Below are positions 44,544-57,088 of a DNA stretch of 64,000 nucleotides, piece after piece. Origin of the DNA: Paraspadella gotoi (Eukaryota; Animalia; Chaetognatha). How positions within the stretch are numbered: position 1 is the stretch's first letter; every line of letters starts with the position of its first letter. The notes under the pieces were generated by a model, which worked only from the letters and a program-made list of their open reading frames with translations, did not search any database and was not told the origin of the DNA. The translations under genes were made by a program, and so were the position numbers. The stretch spans positions 31,417,476 to 31,481,475 of the forward strand of contig CM119263.1 in NCBI GenBank assembly GCA_051294375.1. Direction: 5' to 3'.

Positions 44544-45667
44544 CTACTTCTCCACCCTCGCCTTCTTCCCCCTCCCCTCCTCCTCCTCCTCCTCCTCATC
44601 CCTCCCCATCCCCTTTATAACATCCCTCTTCTCAATCAACTCATTCAACGCTTCCGATTTTGTTCTCAACGCTTCAAGCAGATGGTTCATCGTTGCATTG
44701 GTCATTTTCATTGCCTCCCCGTATTTTTCCTCCGTGTCTCGTTTTTTGTCTTTGGCTGCGATAAGTCGAACCAGAGATTCCAACATCCACGAGTTCGCTT
44801 CTTCCTCGACCAAAGCTCTTTCTCCTTCTGGACCTTCTTCCTCATCTTCCTCCTCCTCTTCTTCTTCCTCTTCTTCTTCCTCTTCATCCTCTTCCTCATC
44901 GCAATTGTTTTGATTCTCATTCTCCTCCTCCTCTTCTTCCTCCTCTTCTTCGTCCTCCTCTTCTCCCTCCTCCTCCTCCTCTTTATCCTCCTCCCCGACT
45001 ACCGCCATCTTCGCGTCCCTCAGCTTAAGCAGCACGACCTGGCCCAGCAGCGCAGCTTCCACTTCCGCGGCTGCATCGCGACACGCCCCCTTCGCCTCTT
45101 CGAATTCTTTCTCCGCGGATCGATTGGCGTCTTTGGCGGCGGCGACGTCGGCTTCCGCGTCTTCGACCGCCTTCGCCGCCGCCTCCGCGAGATGCTCCGC
45201 CCTTCGCCAATCCGCCACGGCGACTTTGGACGCTGAAGTCCAAGTTGAGAGAATAAGAAAGAAGGAACGAAAAGAAAAGAAAAGAAAATGATATTAATCG
45301 CATTTATTTGTACATCATTCAGATTTAATCAAAACCTATTAGGCATGTTCATATATTTATCCATAGAAAGTATTACACTGCTCTGGTGATTTAAAGGCCG
45401 AGTACTCTGTAATTTTGAGAATCTTGATTGAACCTTTTCTGGGTTTTATATTCCATTTTTCGTGAAGCGAACTCAAAGGCTTAAACTTACCATGACCTTT
45501 CTATTGTTTAAATTCAGTTGTTTTCATTTCTAATGTTTTCACATTAGTTGTATGAATTATAAAAAGATTAACATTGTGATTAAACTTTCTTTCGTTGTGT
45601 TTTGAGATATTTGAAATCGTTGATGTATCAAGACTTCGTCTTTAATTTCAAAAAGATTAACTTATAA

Positions 45668-45721
<54 letters not shown>

Positions 45722-46097
45722 GTCATTCTCTTCCTCGAGACATCGGACTCGATCCGCAAAACTTCTCTCACGATCTTCAGTCAAGGGCCTTTTCTTGTTG
45801 TTGTTGTTGTTGTTGTTCTCCTTGTTACTTTTTTCTAAAAATAAATCTTTAATAAATAATTGTTTTATTTTTCCCCCAACTAATCTCTTATATCTCTTTT
45901 TTTTAAATACCAGAAAATATAGTTAGAATTCTACAAAAGTAATAATTTGTGTTAATGAAAAAACTTGTTTAACTTCGTACAATATATTTTGAGATTGTAA
46001 TAGTTATATTATATTATATTATTTACTTTTATCATATTTGTGAATCTTTTAGAGGGTGAGGGAAGTTACCGTTGTCTTCTGGATATAGAGGGATCAT
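44544..46097 (-). CDS. Uncharacterised acidic coiled-coil protein, paralog C (at least 277 aa)
   Basis: Exons 46097-46070, 45834-45718, 45232-44544 (834 nt, GT-AG, phase 1/1): MIPLYPEDNEKSNKENNNNNNNKKRPLTEDRERSFADRVRCLEEENDDASKVAVADWRRAEHLAEAA...ERALVEEEANSWMLE...GRGKKARVEK. The true start may lie further upstream. Confidence 0.7.
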
Positions 46098-48777
46098 ATA
46101 TCTATAAAACACAAGGTAAATAAACTTTTTGTCCCATGTTTCCAATTAGATATCATACATCATTCTTGTTAGGAAGTCATTGAAAATCTCTATCACCTTT
46201 TTGATCATTTTTCACATCATTTTCTTTCATTTCATTTTTGTTCGAATTCTTCTTCATTTTACTTGCGACCTCAAACTTCATAACTTTATTAGTTTTTCTG
46301 AATTTTTTTTATATCCTTAAAGTTATCGACTATCGAACATTTTTATCGGAAAATTTTACTTTTTAACTGTACTTCTCTTATTTCATGTTATGCAATAACC
46401 GATTTAAGAGTAAGAATCATAAAAAAAATTTTCTTAAATTAAAATCTGTATACCGCAAACGATTTCAACTTAATTAGTTAAATGTATTTGGTATTAAGAA
46501 AAGATCTATGTTTTTTTTTTTTTTAATGAAATTCAATAAAATGCTTCAAATTAAGGACCCAGTATTTAATTAAATTTGATTTAAAATCGATTAAAAAATT
46601 TTGAAGACAAAGATATCAAGTCATCCGACTTTCAACCCTGCCTCTTCACCGTCATTTTTCCCACCTCTTTTCTCCATCAACAATTGTGCTTTCTTTTCTT
46701 CATCTCTGCCAGCTTCACCATCAATTAGCTTTTCCATCACGTCTCCCAATTTCTCCATCCGGACTAACGATTTCTCCATCTCAACGCATTTCTTATTTTC
46801 CATTTTTTCGTTGCTAAGCGACGCTCGATCGATCGTCCGACACTAGACTCTAGAGACTCTTTTCTCCCGTCCTTCCATGATGTTGTGGTTGTAATGATTC
46901 TCAATGTCAGCTTAATCGACGTAATCGCTTTCCTCCTTCATATCCAACTTCATCAAAAATGTCTCTCTCTCTCTCATTTCTCCCTCTCACTCTCTATCGT
47001 ATCTTGTCGATAAGACATAAGTGGGATGAAAAAGACATGGAACGGGCCGTGGGCTTTGAACCAGGCTCGAGGGTTTTCCAGGTCCCAAAGGCGGCTTATG
47101 GCCGTCCTTTCATTTCCCGTGAGGCAGGCATCGGGTTGGGATTAAACCTAGTGATCAAGAGTTGAAAACTTTACCCACTTAACCATCGGGTCACCCCGTA
47201 TGGAACTATGATTAATTGATAGTTGAATTTAGGAGATGCTCACTACATTCTCTCTCTCCCTAATCCTCTCTCACCTTTTTCTTCTACAATATCGCTTTCT
47301 TGACTTTTGAGGACAGCTCCTCCTCCTCCTGCTCCTCCTCATCATCTTCCTCTTTTATTTCCTCTTTGTCCACTTTTCCCCCTTTTCTTTTCCTCTTTAT
47401 TCTCCTATTCCTTGTCCTCTTTATTCTCATTTTTCTCTTTATTCTCCTCTTTTTCTTGTCCTCTTTATTCTCCTTTTTCTTGTCCTCTTTATTCTCAATT
47501 TTCTTGTCCTCTTTATTCTCCTTTTTCTTGTCCTCTTTATTCTCCTTTTCCTTGTCCTCTTTATTGTCCTTTTCCTTGTCCTCTTTATTCTCATTTTTCT
47601 TGTCCTCTTTATTCTCCTTTTTCTTGTCCTCTTTATTCTTCTTTATCTTGTCCTCTTTATTCTCAATTTTCTTGTCCTCTTTATTCTCCTTTTTTTTGGC
47701 CTCTTTATTCTCCTTTTCCTTGTCCTCTTTATTCTCCTTTTTCTTGTCCTCTTTATTCTCCTTTTCCTTGTCCTCTTTATTCTCCTTTTTCTTGTCCTCT
47801 TTATTCTCAATTGTCTTGTCCTCTTTATTCTCCTTTTCCTTGTCCTCTTTATTCTCCTTTTCCTTATTCTCTTTATGACACGATGTACAGTCTCGTAGAA
47901 TAAACTATGCAGTTAAAAAAAAAAATTCATTATTGATTTTTTCATTTTTTATTGTTTCTCATTCTAGGTCATTACTCCGTGAATGTTATGTATAAAAATT
48001 AATGCAAAATCTTTTAATGCTCTCAAGATACAGTTAAATAAATAAATGCCCGTCAGAATTCAAATGAATACAAAAACTAGAAAAAAGCAATATTTGTTTT
48101 GTGTCATTCTGATTAAAAGATATTTGGTTAATTGTTATGCCTTAAATTTCCTTTAAATGAAAAAAATAATAGGTTTAAAAAGATAGCTCTTGATCTCTAG
48201 TAGTAAATTGAGTTTGAATATAATTTTTTTAATGAACAAGTTTAACCCAGATCAATTACAATAACGATGGTAAGAAATTTTGTCACCGTTTTAAGCTACT
48301 TTTAGCCTGATTTTTTACATATTTTATTATCTTTGCGCGATCTTACTGATGAAAAACAGTCAATGGTAAAAAGAGCCTATGTTCGTTCGAATATAAGGCA
48401 TATGTTAGTAATCAGACAGAGCAAAAATTTTGGTCACAAGGTAAAAATTTGCAATGAGAATAGCGTGAATAAACTTTTCCACGAGACTGTGCACCGCGAC
48501 TTATTCTCCTTTTTCTTGTCCTCTTTATTCTCCTTTTTCTTGTCCTTTTTATTCTCCTTTTCCTTGTCCTCTTTATTATCCTTTTTCTTGTCTTCTTTAT
48601 TCTCAATTTTCTTGTCCTCTTTATTCTCATTTTCTTTTTTTTCGTTTTACTCCTAATGATTTCTTTTCTTTCTACTTGTTTCTATTTATGTTTTTGTTTT
48701 TGTTTTGAATTTATGACTTTCCTGTTTTTCATTTGAAGAACCTCACAGAAATTCAGTTCAATGTTACATTTAATGGT

Positions 48778-49003
48778 TGCCGGTGCGTCTCGCCGTATTT
48801 GCCGGTGCATCGCGCCATATTTGCCGGAGCATAGCGCCATATTTTCCGGTGCATCGCGCCATAATTGCCGGTGCGTCTCGCCATATTTGCCGGTGCGTCT
48901 CACCTTATTTGTCGGTTCATCGCGCCATATTTGCCGGAGCATCGCGCCATATTTGCCAGTGCATAGCGCCATATTTGGTGGAGCATCGCGCCATATTTTT
49001 CGG
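48778..49003. repeat. ~22-bp GC-rich tandem repeat (GCCGGTGCATCGCGCCATATTT) x ~10
   Basis: Seen directly; probably the interior of a MITE-like element. Confidence 0.85.
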
Positions 49004-50084
49004 TGGAAACATCACTTGCAGTTTACCGCGTCGTATATATTTTCCCTCTTTTTGCCCAAGACGGATGACCGTTATGTAGGATCTGCACTGGTTCCAGCTG
49101 GTTGTGCTTCAATTCAATATGGAAAAACCGAATGGTTCTTCAATCCTGCGCTTTGGAGACTAATAAGTTTGCTCCCAATAGGAATTTCAAAAAGTAATTC
49201 AGATTTTGGTAATATCTGGTTATATGGTTATCATTATCAAAACTGTTGCTCTTTTGTTAGTCATTTTTCTTTTAAAAAAACCCTTTTTCTTATTTTCTTT
49301 TAATCGTTTTTAACTTCATCTATTTGAGACAGAAACACGTGAAAGCGGAAAAAAAGAAATATTCTTTCTTCTTCAATCCATAATCGTTTTTAATTTTTAA
49401 TAAATGATTTTCAATTAATTATAAAGTCAGGAGTCTCGAGTTCTTTGTCGGCCTTTTTCCTTCAATACTTTATTTTAAGCCTTCCTCCTTTTTTTTTTAA
49501 ATAATGTCATTTGCTTTTCAAGAAACACATTTTTCCTTTTTTTCTTTTTTTTCGCTCCTTTCATCTTTTCATTTCTTTCCTTCATTTTTCTCGTCTCCTT
49601 CAGATGTCATTTTGTTTTTGATGCTGAGTTTTACAGTTTCTTTCCGGGAGATTGACTCGGCGACGGAGAGCGAGAGGGAGAGGAGAGAGAGAGAGGGGGA
49701 AATTAAAAATGTGAGGGAGGGAGGAAAGAGAAAGGGAGATTGAAAATGGTAGGGAGAAAAGGAGGAAGGAGAGAAAGAGAGAAATTAAAAAAGAGAGGAG
49801 AGAGACCAAGAGGAAATTAAAAATGGGAAAGAGGGAGAGAGTGAGAGAGAGAGAGAGAGCTAGAAAAAAATGAAGGGAGGTATGAGAGCTGAAAAGAGAG
49901 AAAGAGAAAGACTGGAAATGGGAAATACGATGAGATAAAATTAACAGAGACAAGTTTTCTCTTAGTATCGCTTCTTTAATTTTTTTTCTTTTTTCTTTCT
50001 TTCCTTTCTTTCCTTCCTTTACTTTCTTTCCTTCCTTCCTTTCCTTTCTTTCTTTCTTTCCTTTCTTTCCTTTTATCTTTCCAC

Positions 50085-50285
50085 GCGCTCGCGCCACTCA
50101 AAACCCGCGCGCCATCCCGTTATGAAGCGCCGCACGTGCATTGATGACGTCACGGCGTCACATCCGGTCACGACCGACGACGTCGAGTCACGTGAGAGAA
50201 ACGCGCCGCGTCACGTGATCGCGTGAAAGGCGCGCGCGATCGTGAACGAGAAAACGACGTCTCACCTCCAGTCGTGAGTCGGGGA
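50085..50285. promoter_or_regulatory. CpG-rich putative promoter with clustered CRE and E-box motifs
   Basis: GCACGTGC 50132-50139, TGACGTCA 50145-50152, GTCACGTGA 50187-50195 and 50210-50218, in a GC-rich island within AT-rich DNA. Candidate first-exon donor CTG/GTGAGT at ~50688. Confidence 0.55.
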
Positions 50286-50293
50286 GATAAAAA

Positions 50294-50341
<48 letters not shown>

Positions 50342-50475
50342 CTCTCTCATCTCTCTCTCTCTCTCTCTCTCTCTCGTTCACTTTCCTGTCTTGCACTCGC
50401 TCTCTTTCTCTGTCGCTTTCTTTTTCTCTTTCTAGAATATTCTTGGTTTTTCTCCCTTATTCTGACTTTTTTACT

Positions 50476-50511
<36 letters not shown>

Positions 50512-50904
50512 CCTTCTCTCTCTATCCATCCCCCTCTCTCCCCTTTTCCGTTTTTTTTAACATCCACAATTGAGGTCAAACAAAATCCGCGCAAATCGAA
50601 ATAAATATTTTTTTCCTTTTTCGATTTTCTCTTTTCTTTCTTCGTTTGTTTATGTGAACTTCGAAGTTGGTCGGATTTGCCTCACTGGTGAGTTATTTTC
50701 TGGTTGTGAATATGGGATGTGAGAAAGATGAGAAAGGTTCATAGCAAAATGGAAATATCAAGAAATGTAAGTAAATTAAAATGTTGGCCGACGGGTGTGT
50801 GGGAATAAACATTTATGAAATTAGTACAATATATATACAATATATAATATATAATAATAACAATAATATATAATATATATACAATATATACAGTATATAA
50901 TATA

Positions 50905-51700
50905 TAATACTTAAGGGAGTGGTATTTTCATACAATTGAAACATTCTTTGAAACATTATACCACTTCATTCTGGGAGTGAATAAACGAGATAGTCTTGAT
51001 TGAAAGCTTGCACTTTGTCGGTCCGTCGGTCCCACCCCAAAATCTTGTTGGTAAATCATTTTTATCACATCAGAACATCATATTATAATAAATTAAGCCA
51101 AAAAATCCTTAAAAGCATAAAGATCGAGCCGCTTTCGATAGTAACCAAATATTGATGCGATGATAACCAAATATTGATGCGATGATAACCAATATCTGAC
51201 GCGATGATAACCAATAATTGATAGCGATGATACAACAAAATGACTGATGTGATGATAATCAAATGATTGATGCGATGATAGTCATTCATTGATATGATGA
51301 TAATCTATCATGATACGATGATAGGTCATTTCATTGATGCGGATGATAGTGATTCATTGACGCGCTGAATCATTCATCGTAAATAAAACAAACAAATGCG
51401 TGTATGAGTGAAAGAGAGAGAGAGAGAGATAGAAGAGAGGAGATATAGGATAGAGGGAGAGTTCACGAGACGAGAGAGAGGACAGGCTCTGTCCCGCCAA
51501 GAAACGCCAATATTAGGTCTCTCTCGTTTATATAAAGAATAATCAGAATTTTTAGAAAAAAAATCCACGAAAAATCTCGGATGTAAATTTGTGATTTTTG
51601 TATTGAGAAAAAAGCGCGGAATAAATGGCGATAATAAAATTTTTAGAAGGAAAAAAAAGATAGAGAGAGAGAGAGAGAGGAGAGAGAGAGGGAGAAGATG

Positions 51701-51747
<47 letters not shown>

Positions 51748-53600
51748 GGAGGTGGAGAGTGAGAAAGAGAGAGAGAAGAGAGAGTTTCCCACCAACGAGA
51801 CGCATTATTAGGTCACTCTCGTTTATATCGGTTATCCGTTGCCTCGCAACGGCGTCGTGAAATTGGGTCTATGTTGATTTTTTTTTATACACGTAACGCG
51901 TTATTAGGTCATGTTCCTCGACATTGTTTACTTGTTGCTCCCCAACGACACACGAAATCTAGGTTAAGTAAGTTATTGTATTTTTGGATTTTGTATTGAT
52001 GATAAAAAATAATAAATGAGATAATAAAAGTTTTTAGAAGGGAAAAAATCCACGAAAATCTCGGAATAAAATGGCGATAATAAAAGTTTTTAGAAGGAAA
52101 AAAAATAGAGAGAGAAAGAAGAGAGAAACGAAGCAGGAGAGAGTGAGAGAGAGAGAGAGAGATAGAGAGAAAAAGATTGTTCTTTTTTAGGAAGAAACCA
52201 GACCGAGGTCAAATTTAATATTTGCATATTTAATTAATTTATAATAGTTATCACAAACTCAAATAATTATTTTTTTAAAAAATTAAAAATGATTAAATAT
52301 ATACACTAAAAATATTTATAAATTTAATAATAGTACAAATTATCAGAATAATCAAAAAAAGTAATGTTAATTTGACTATAATCTCTCTTATCACTCCCTA
52401 TTTAGTATATAATTTGCCAATAGTGGGCCAACCGGTCCAAAGTTGCCATAATAAATAAAAACAAAATTTTTTTTTTATAATGTGATGCATGCAATTATAT
52501 TATTCGTGCGAAAGTGTCTGCATATATAATAGGTCACATTAGCTGAATTTATATGTGATAATGCATATCATTATAAGTTATTCTCATTTTTTTTTAAAAA
52601 TATATAAGAGAGAGAGAGAGAGAGAGAAAAAAGAAAACCGAATTTCTTTCCAATTATATCTCAGATATAAATTTGGGATTTTGTTATTGAAAAAAAAAAG
52701 CGTGCGGAATAAATGGCGATAATAAAAGTTTTGAGAAGGAAAAAAATAATTCAGAATTTTTCAAAAAAACGAACGATCGTACAGAGTGAGAGAGACAGAA
52801 AGACAGAAAGAGAGAGAAAGAGAGACAGAAAGAGAAAAAGAGAGACAAAGAGACAGAAAGAAAGAGAAAGCTGCGAAGCCAGCTGAACAGTCATTGCAGA
52901 ACCTGAACTCGTTTTTTAAGGGTTCAGAAAAAGCAGCAACTGACAAATATAAAGAAAGAAAATCTATATATAATTTTAAAGAAATAAATAAAGGCAAAAA
53001 ATATGTTACAATTGTTTAAATTGGAAATTTTCCAATTTTTTTCCAATCGCAGCTTGTAAAAGATTAATATTTATATTGTATTAAAATTAAGATATAGCTT
53101 CTCATTTAAAAAAATCCTTTGAGTTCCCATTTTTAATTAAAAATTTAAAAAAATTTTTGAATTTTCATCTTCAATATTATATACTGCAATATGTAAATAG
53201 ATTAAAGCATTTCTATATACTAATTTGGATATTATAAGGAGTACTTTAATCTCATTTGCATATTGCAGTAAATCAAAATGAAGTGGAAATTCAAACAAAA
53301 AATACTTAAATCCAAATGTAAATATGAAAATATCTCAGCCTATTTCAAGAGATGAAAAGCCATATACTAAATTTTTAACTTACTATGATCGCCACAGTTT
53401 TGTAAAACTTTTCATAATTCAATAATAATTTTATTTAAAAAAAAAAACGGTAAGTCACAGCCAAACCTATAAAAGCGTAGTAGTTTTTATATATGAAAAC
53501 AGCGTGAACGGACGACGACGACGACGACACGACTACCGCTCACAAAGAAGCAACCCTAAAACATTATAGAGCCTGACCCGGCTTCGCCGGTCAAGGCTCG
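50905..53600 (-). mobile_element. Composite dispersed repeat ending in a GC-rich hairpin (Helitron/Helentron-like)
   Basis: Homologous to 29545-30770 in inverted orientation; hairpin GAGCCTGACCCGGCTTCGCCGGTCAAGGCTC at 53568-53599. Class inferred. Confidence 0.5.
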
Positions 53601-54792
53601 ATAAAAATGATGTCCGTCCGTCGTCTGTCTGTCTGTCCGTACCCCCCCTTAGCAAAAAACTCCAATTACTCGTGATTGGATGGATGGATTGGAATAAAAA
53701 TTTTTATGTGGTTAGGAAAGTGTGTGATTGAGCTGGATATGAAGTTTTGAGAATGGAATCGTGCGAGTGGAAATTGAGTTTAAATAGAAAAAACATTAAG
53801 TCACAGATTAACTTTAAATCTTTTTACGTAATTTGTAACCATAAAATTCACTACGTATTAATCATATTTGGAGGGATAGATTGAGATGAAATTTTGTGTG
53901 TGGGTATGAAAGTGTGTGATGAAACTAGAAATAAAGTTTCGATGGAATCGTGCGAGTGGAAATGAGTTTAAATGGAGAAAAATATAAGTCACATTTACTT
54001 GAATTTTTTTACTAATTTTAACCCTTTAAGAAAACAAATTTTGATTTTTCACAACGAATTTATTTGAAATTTTATACATTCGTGAATTTCAAAAGTTTGG
54101 TAAGTTATTTTTGAAATGGAGAGAGTGAGAGAGAGAGAGAGGGGTATAGCTTCCAACGAAGGATTGACGGAAAAAATAACAATAGGAAGGTGAGAACAGT
54201 TGACAGATATACAGGAGGGAAAGGAAATGAAAGGAGAGAGGAGAAATAATGCAGAGGTAATAAATTAAATTAAACTTTACATTAGAACAATGTATAACCA
54301 TTAATAAATGTATAAACTAAATTGGAAGTGAAAGTAAATTATAATTTATAGTTTCAGTATTTGAAAGTGAAAGGGAAATTTGAAGTTTGTAAAAGAGCAA
54401 GATAAAGAAAGAAGCTCAAAGTGAGCTGGCCCCCTCCCCCTTATGGGCCGTCAGTTGAGGGTCAATGGCAGATTATGGCTGGTCATTGGGATGGTCATTG
54501 ACCTGCGTCTGAGTGATATTGAGGGCGAGACCCAATGCGACCCATATGTCAACGAGACCTGTCATCCCTGCAGCTTACCCTCCTCTCTCCTGCTGAGGAG
54601 GCGGGCCTGGTCCCCTTCTTGCCTGCTTGGCAGTTGGCTCTGGAACCACGCCGTCTTTTGGGTGGGCGCCTGGGATGAGGAGAGTCATCCCGGGATGGGT
54701 AGGTCTCCCTCTGCCCCGTTGAGTAAGTACAGGGGAGTTGTTGTAGGGCTTGGGTGGTTCAGGGCAAACCACCACGCCAGTGAGGAGCGAGT

Positions 54793-55414
54793 CCGAGCTG
54801 GGTTTTGGTTTAAAGAGCATAAACATCCCTCTAAAGACAAATATGGTCACTTCCTGTTGGCCATCGCAGAACACGCGCATGAAACAGGCTATCTGTTCAG
54901 AGACACTGACTGTCTCATGTTGGCCAGAGATGACAACTGGTACACAAAAGGTATTAAAGAGGCAATGTACATCAAAGCCCTCGAGCCCTCTTTGAACCAT
55001 GATGGAAGGCGATTCCAGCTGCCCCCCAGTTACAACTCGCTCCTTACTGGCATGGTGGTTTGCCCTGAACCACCCAAGCCCCACAACAACTCCCCTGTAC
55101 TTACTCAACGGGGCAGAAGGAGACCTTCCCTGGCATGTCAGTTGCCAAGCAGTGCTGCATCTTCAGTTGGAGCAACCCGGGATGACTCTCCTCATTCCGG
55201 GCACCCACCCAAAAGACGGCTTCAACTGAAAAATGGCGGGGTTCCAGAGCCAGCTGCCAAGCAGGCAAGGAGGGGACCAGGCCCGCCTCCTCAGCATGGG
55301 AGAGGAGGGCAAGCTGCAGGGATGACAGGTCTAGTTGACATTAGGGTCGCATTGGGTCTTGCCCCAAATATCACCCAGTCGCAGGCCAATGACCATCCCA
55401 ATGACCAGCCATAA
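54793..55414 (+). pseudogene. C-terminal fragment of a Penelope-like RT/GIY-YIG endonuclease ORF
   Basis: FKEHK...AIAEHAHETGYLF...LARDDNWYTKGIKEAMYIKALEPSLNHDGRRFQLPPSYNSLL matches the PLE GIY-YIG C-terminal pattern (KEH, AEH, KEA..I, LN.D.G, LP..Y). No RT domain present. Confidence 0.85.
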
Positions 55415-55969
55415 TCTGCCACTGACCCTCAACTGATGGCCCATAAGGGGGAGGGGGCCAGCTCACTTTGAGCTTCTTTCTTTATCTTTCTCTTTTCACA
55501 AACTTTCAAATTTCCCTTTCACTTTCAATTTCACAAGCCAAAACATGTTCGTTTTAATAAAAACAAATTTGTTGTAAAAATCATTAAAACTTTGTTTTTT
55601 TCTTATACTGAAACTATAAATTATTCAATTGTTGTTGTTATTAATTTAATTCCAATTTACTTTCACTTCCAATTTAGGTTATACATTTACTAATAGTTAA
55701 ACATTGTTCTAATGTAAAGTTTTATTTAATTTATTACCTCGCATTATTTCTCCTCTCACCTTTCATTTCCTTTCCCTCCTGTACCTCTCTCTCTGAGCTA
55801 AAAATTTCAACTGTCCTCACCCTCCTATTGTTAATTTTTCCCTCAATAATTTGTTGGAAGCTTTATCCCTCTCTCTCTCCCTCTCTCTTTTTTTTCTCAC
55901 TCTCTGTGTCTCTCTCTCTCTCCCTCACTACATCTCAATAATAACTTACCAAACTTTCGTAATTCACAA

Positions 55970-56030
55970 ATGTAAAAAATTTGGACTGAAGAAGAACGGA
56001 ATAATGTTCGAAACATGTCTGCATTAATTT
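55970..56030 (+). ncRNA. Minimal hammerhead ribozyme motif in the Penelope pLTR
   Basis: CTGAAGA (55986-55992), stem II GAAC/GTTC, GAAAC (56010-56014), ACATGT palindrome, GUC ending at 56019. Stem I TGGA/TGCA has one mismatch. Confidence 0.7.
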
Positions 56031-56768
56031 CAATAAATTCGTTGTGAAAAATCCATATTTGTTTTCTTAAAATTACTTACCTACGAAACGAAAGAAAAAC
56101 CATCAAATATAATTTTAACCCATAATTACTCAAATTATTCATAATTGAATGGATAGAATGAGATGAAATTTTGTGTCTGGGTAAGAAAGTGTGTGATTGA
56201 GCAGAATATAAAGTTTCGATGGAATCGAGGAGTGGAAATGAGTTCGCATGAAAAAAACCAAAGTCAAGTTGACTTGATTTTTTATTATTTATGCCTCCTC
56301 ATGTATGTTTTAATTAATTATTTAAAAATGAAGCAATTAGAAAAAATGATGCAAGTTAAAAAAAATATGCATATTGAAAAAATCAAGCAAGTTGAAAAAA
56401 TGATGCAAGTTGAAAGAAGGACACAAGTTAAAAAAATTATACAAGTTAAAAAAATTATGTGAGTTAAAATTATGCGTTTTAAAAATATAGTGCAAGTTGA
56501 AAAATGATGCGAGTTAAAAAAAAATAATGAAAGGTGAAAAAATGATGCAAGTTCAAAAAATTATACAAGTTAAAAAAATGTTGTGAGTTGAAAAAACTAT
56601 GCCAGTTGAAAAGATTATGCATGCATTGGTTTGGTATTGTACGATCTGTTCTGATCCGTTAAAATCACAAATTGAAATAATTACCATCTGATTAGCCGAT
56701 TACCACTTAATTATCGTAGGCAGATCCGACATTGTTTGCTCAAACTTGTTTATTACTTTGGACGAAAA

Positions 56769-57088
56769 TTAACTAAAGATAAATCCAGATAATCCATTTC
56801 GAAAAAAATCAGCCTTTTTCTTTCTACGCTGAAGCTTCTGCTGCAAAGTCTGGAGTTCGGTTTCACGTCTTTCCCCCGAGAGATGGCGATGGAGTGTGAT
56901 TAAGCGCTTAATCCCCTGGGCGAAGCGAGGACTCCTCGCCGAGGAGCCTTTAAAAGCCTCTGACGTTAAACCTTCGTTGCTGTTTTGTTTTTTTTTGTTG
57001 TTGGACGAATAAGGAGAGTAGATTTTTCGAAAATCTTCCTGTCTCTTTCTGTCTTTCTCTCTCTCTCTTTCTTGTAACTCTACATGTT
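56769..57088 (-). CDS. Putative terminal exon of an unidentified minus-strand gene
   Basis: Stop-free 106-codon frame after a CAG acceptor: HVELQERERE...SPRFAQGIKRLITLHRHLSGERRETELQTLQQKLQRRKKKADFFRNGLSGFIFS*. No recognised homology. Confidence 0.3.

Larger units (their letters stand above)
39873..47810. repeat. ~8-kb palindrome (arms 39873-43768 and 43938-47810, 169-bp spacer)
   Basis: Arms are reverse complements that differ mostly by 1-nt indels; the left arm begins exactly at an N gap. Confidence 0.95.
54025..56109 (+). mobile_element. 5'-truncated Penelope-like retroelement with inverted pLTR
   Basis: 54025-54792 is an inverted copy of 55035-56071. The centre encodes a GIY-YIG C-terminal half. 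Hammerhead at 55986-56019, 38-nt unpaired tail at 56072-56109, and a 12-bp direct repeat TAATTTTAACCC on both sides (54013-54024, 56110-56121). Confidence 0.9.
53600..56750 (+). mobile_element. Helentron/DINE-1-like non-autonomous repeat, copy 2, interrupted by a Penelope-like element
   Basis: 53600-54024 plus 56110-56750 match 34620-35364 (GTCY repeat, ~190-bp units, same 3' terminus). Confidence 0.6.

Noticed and set aside
48682-49303. ORFs over the 22-bp repeat, or a CRISPR-like array
   Set aside because: Head-to-tail repeats without unique spacers, in a eukaryotic context with no cas genes.
51838-51850. RFX X-box-like palindrome GTTGCCTCGCAAC
   Set aside because: Lies inside a repeat-derived region, ~30 kb from the ciliary gene FAM183.
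54443-55414. 323-aa ORF as an intact gene
   Set aside because: The N-terminal third is the antisense of the inverted pLTR; only the segment after 54793 is genuine Penelope coding sequence.
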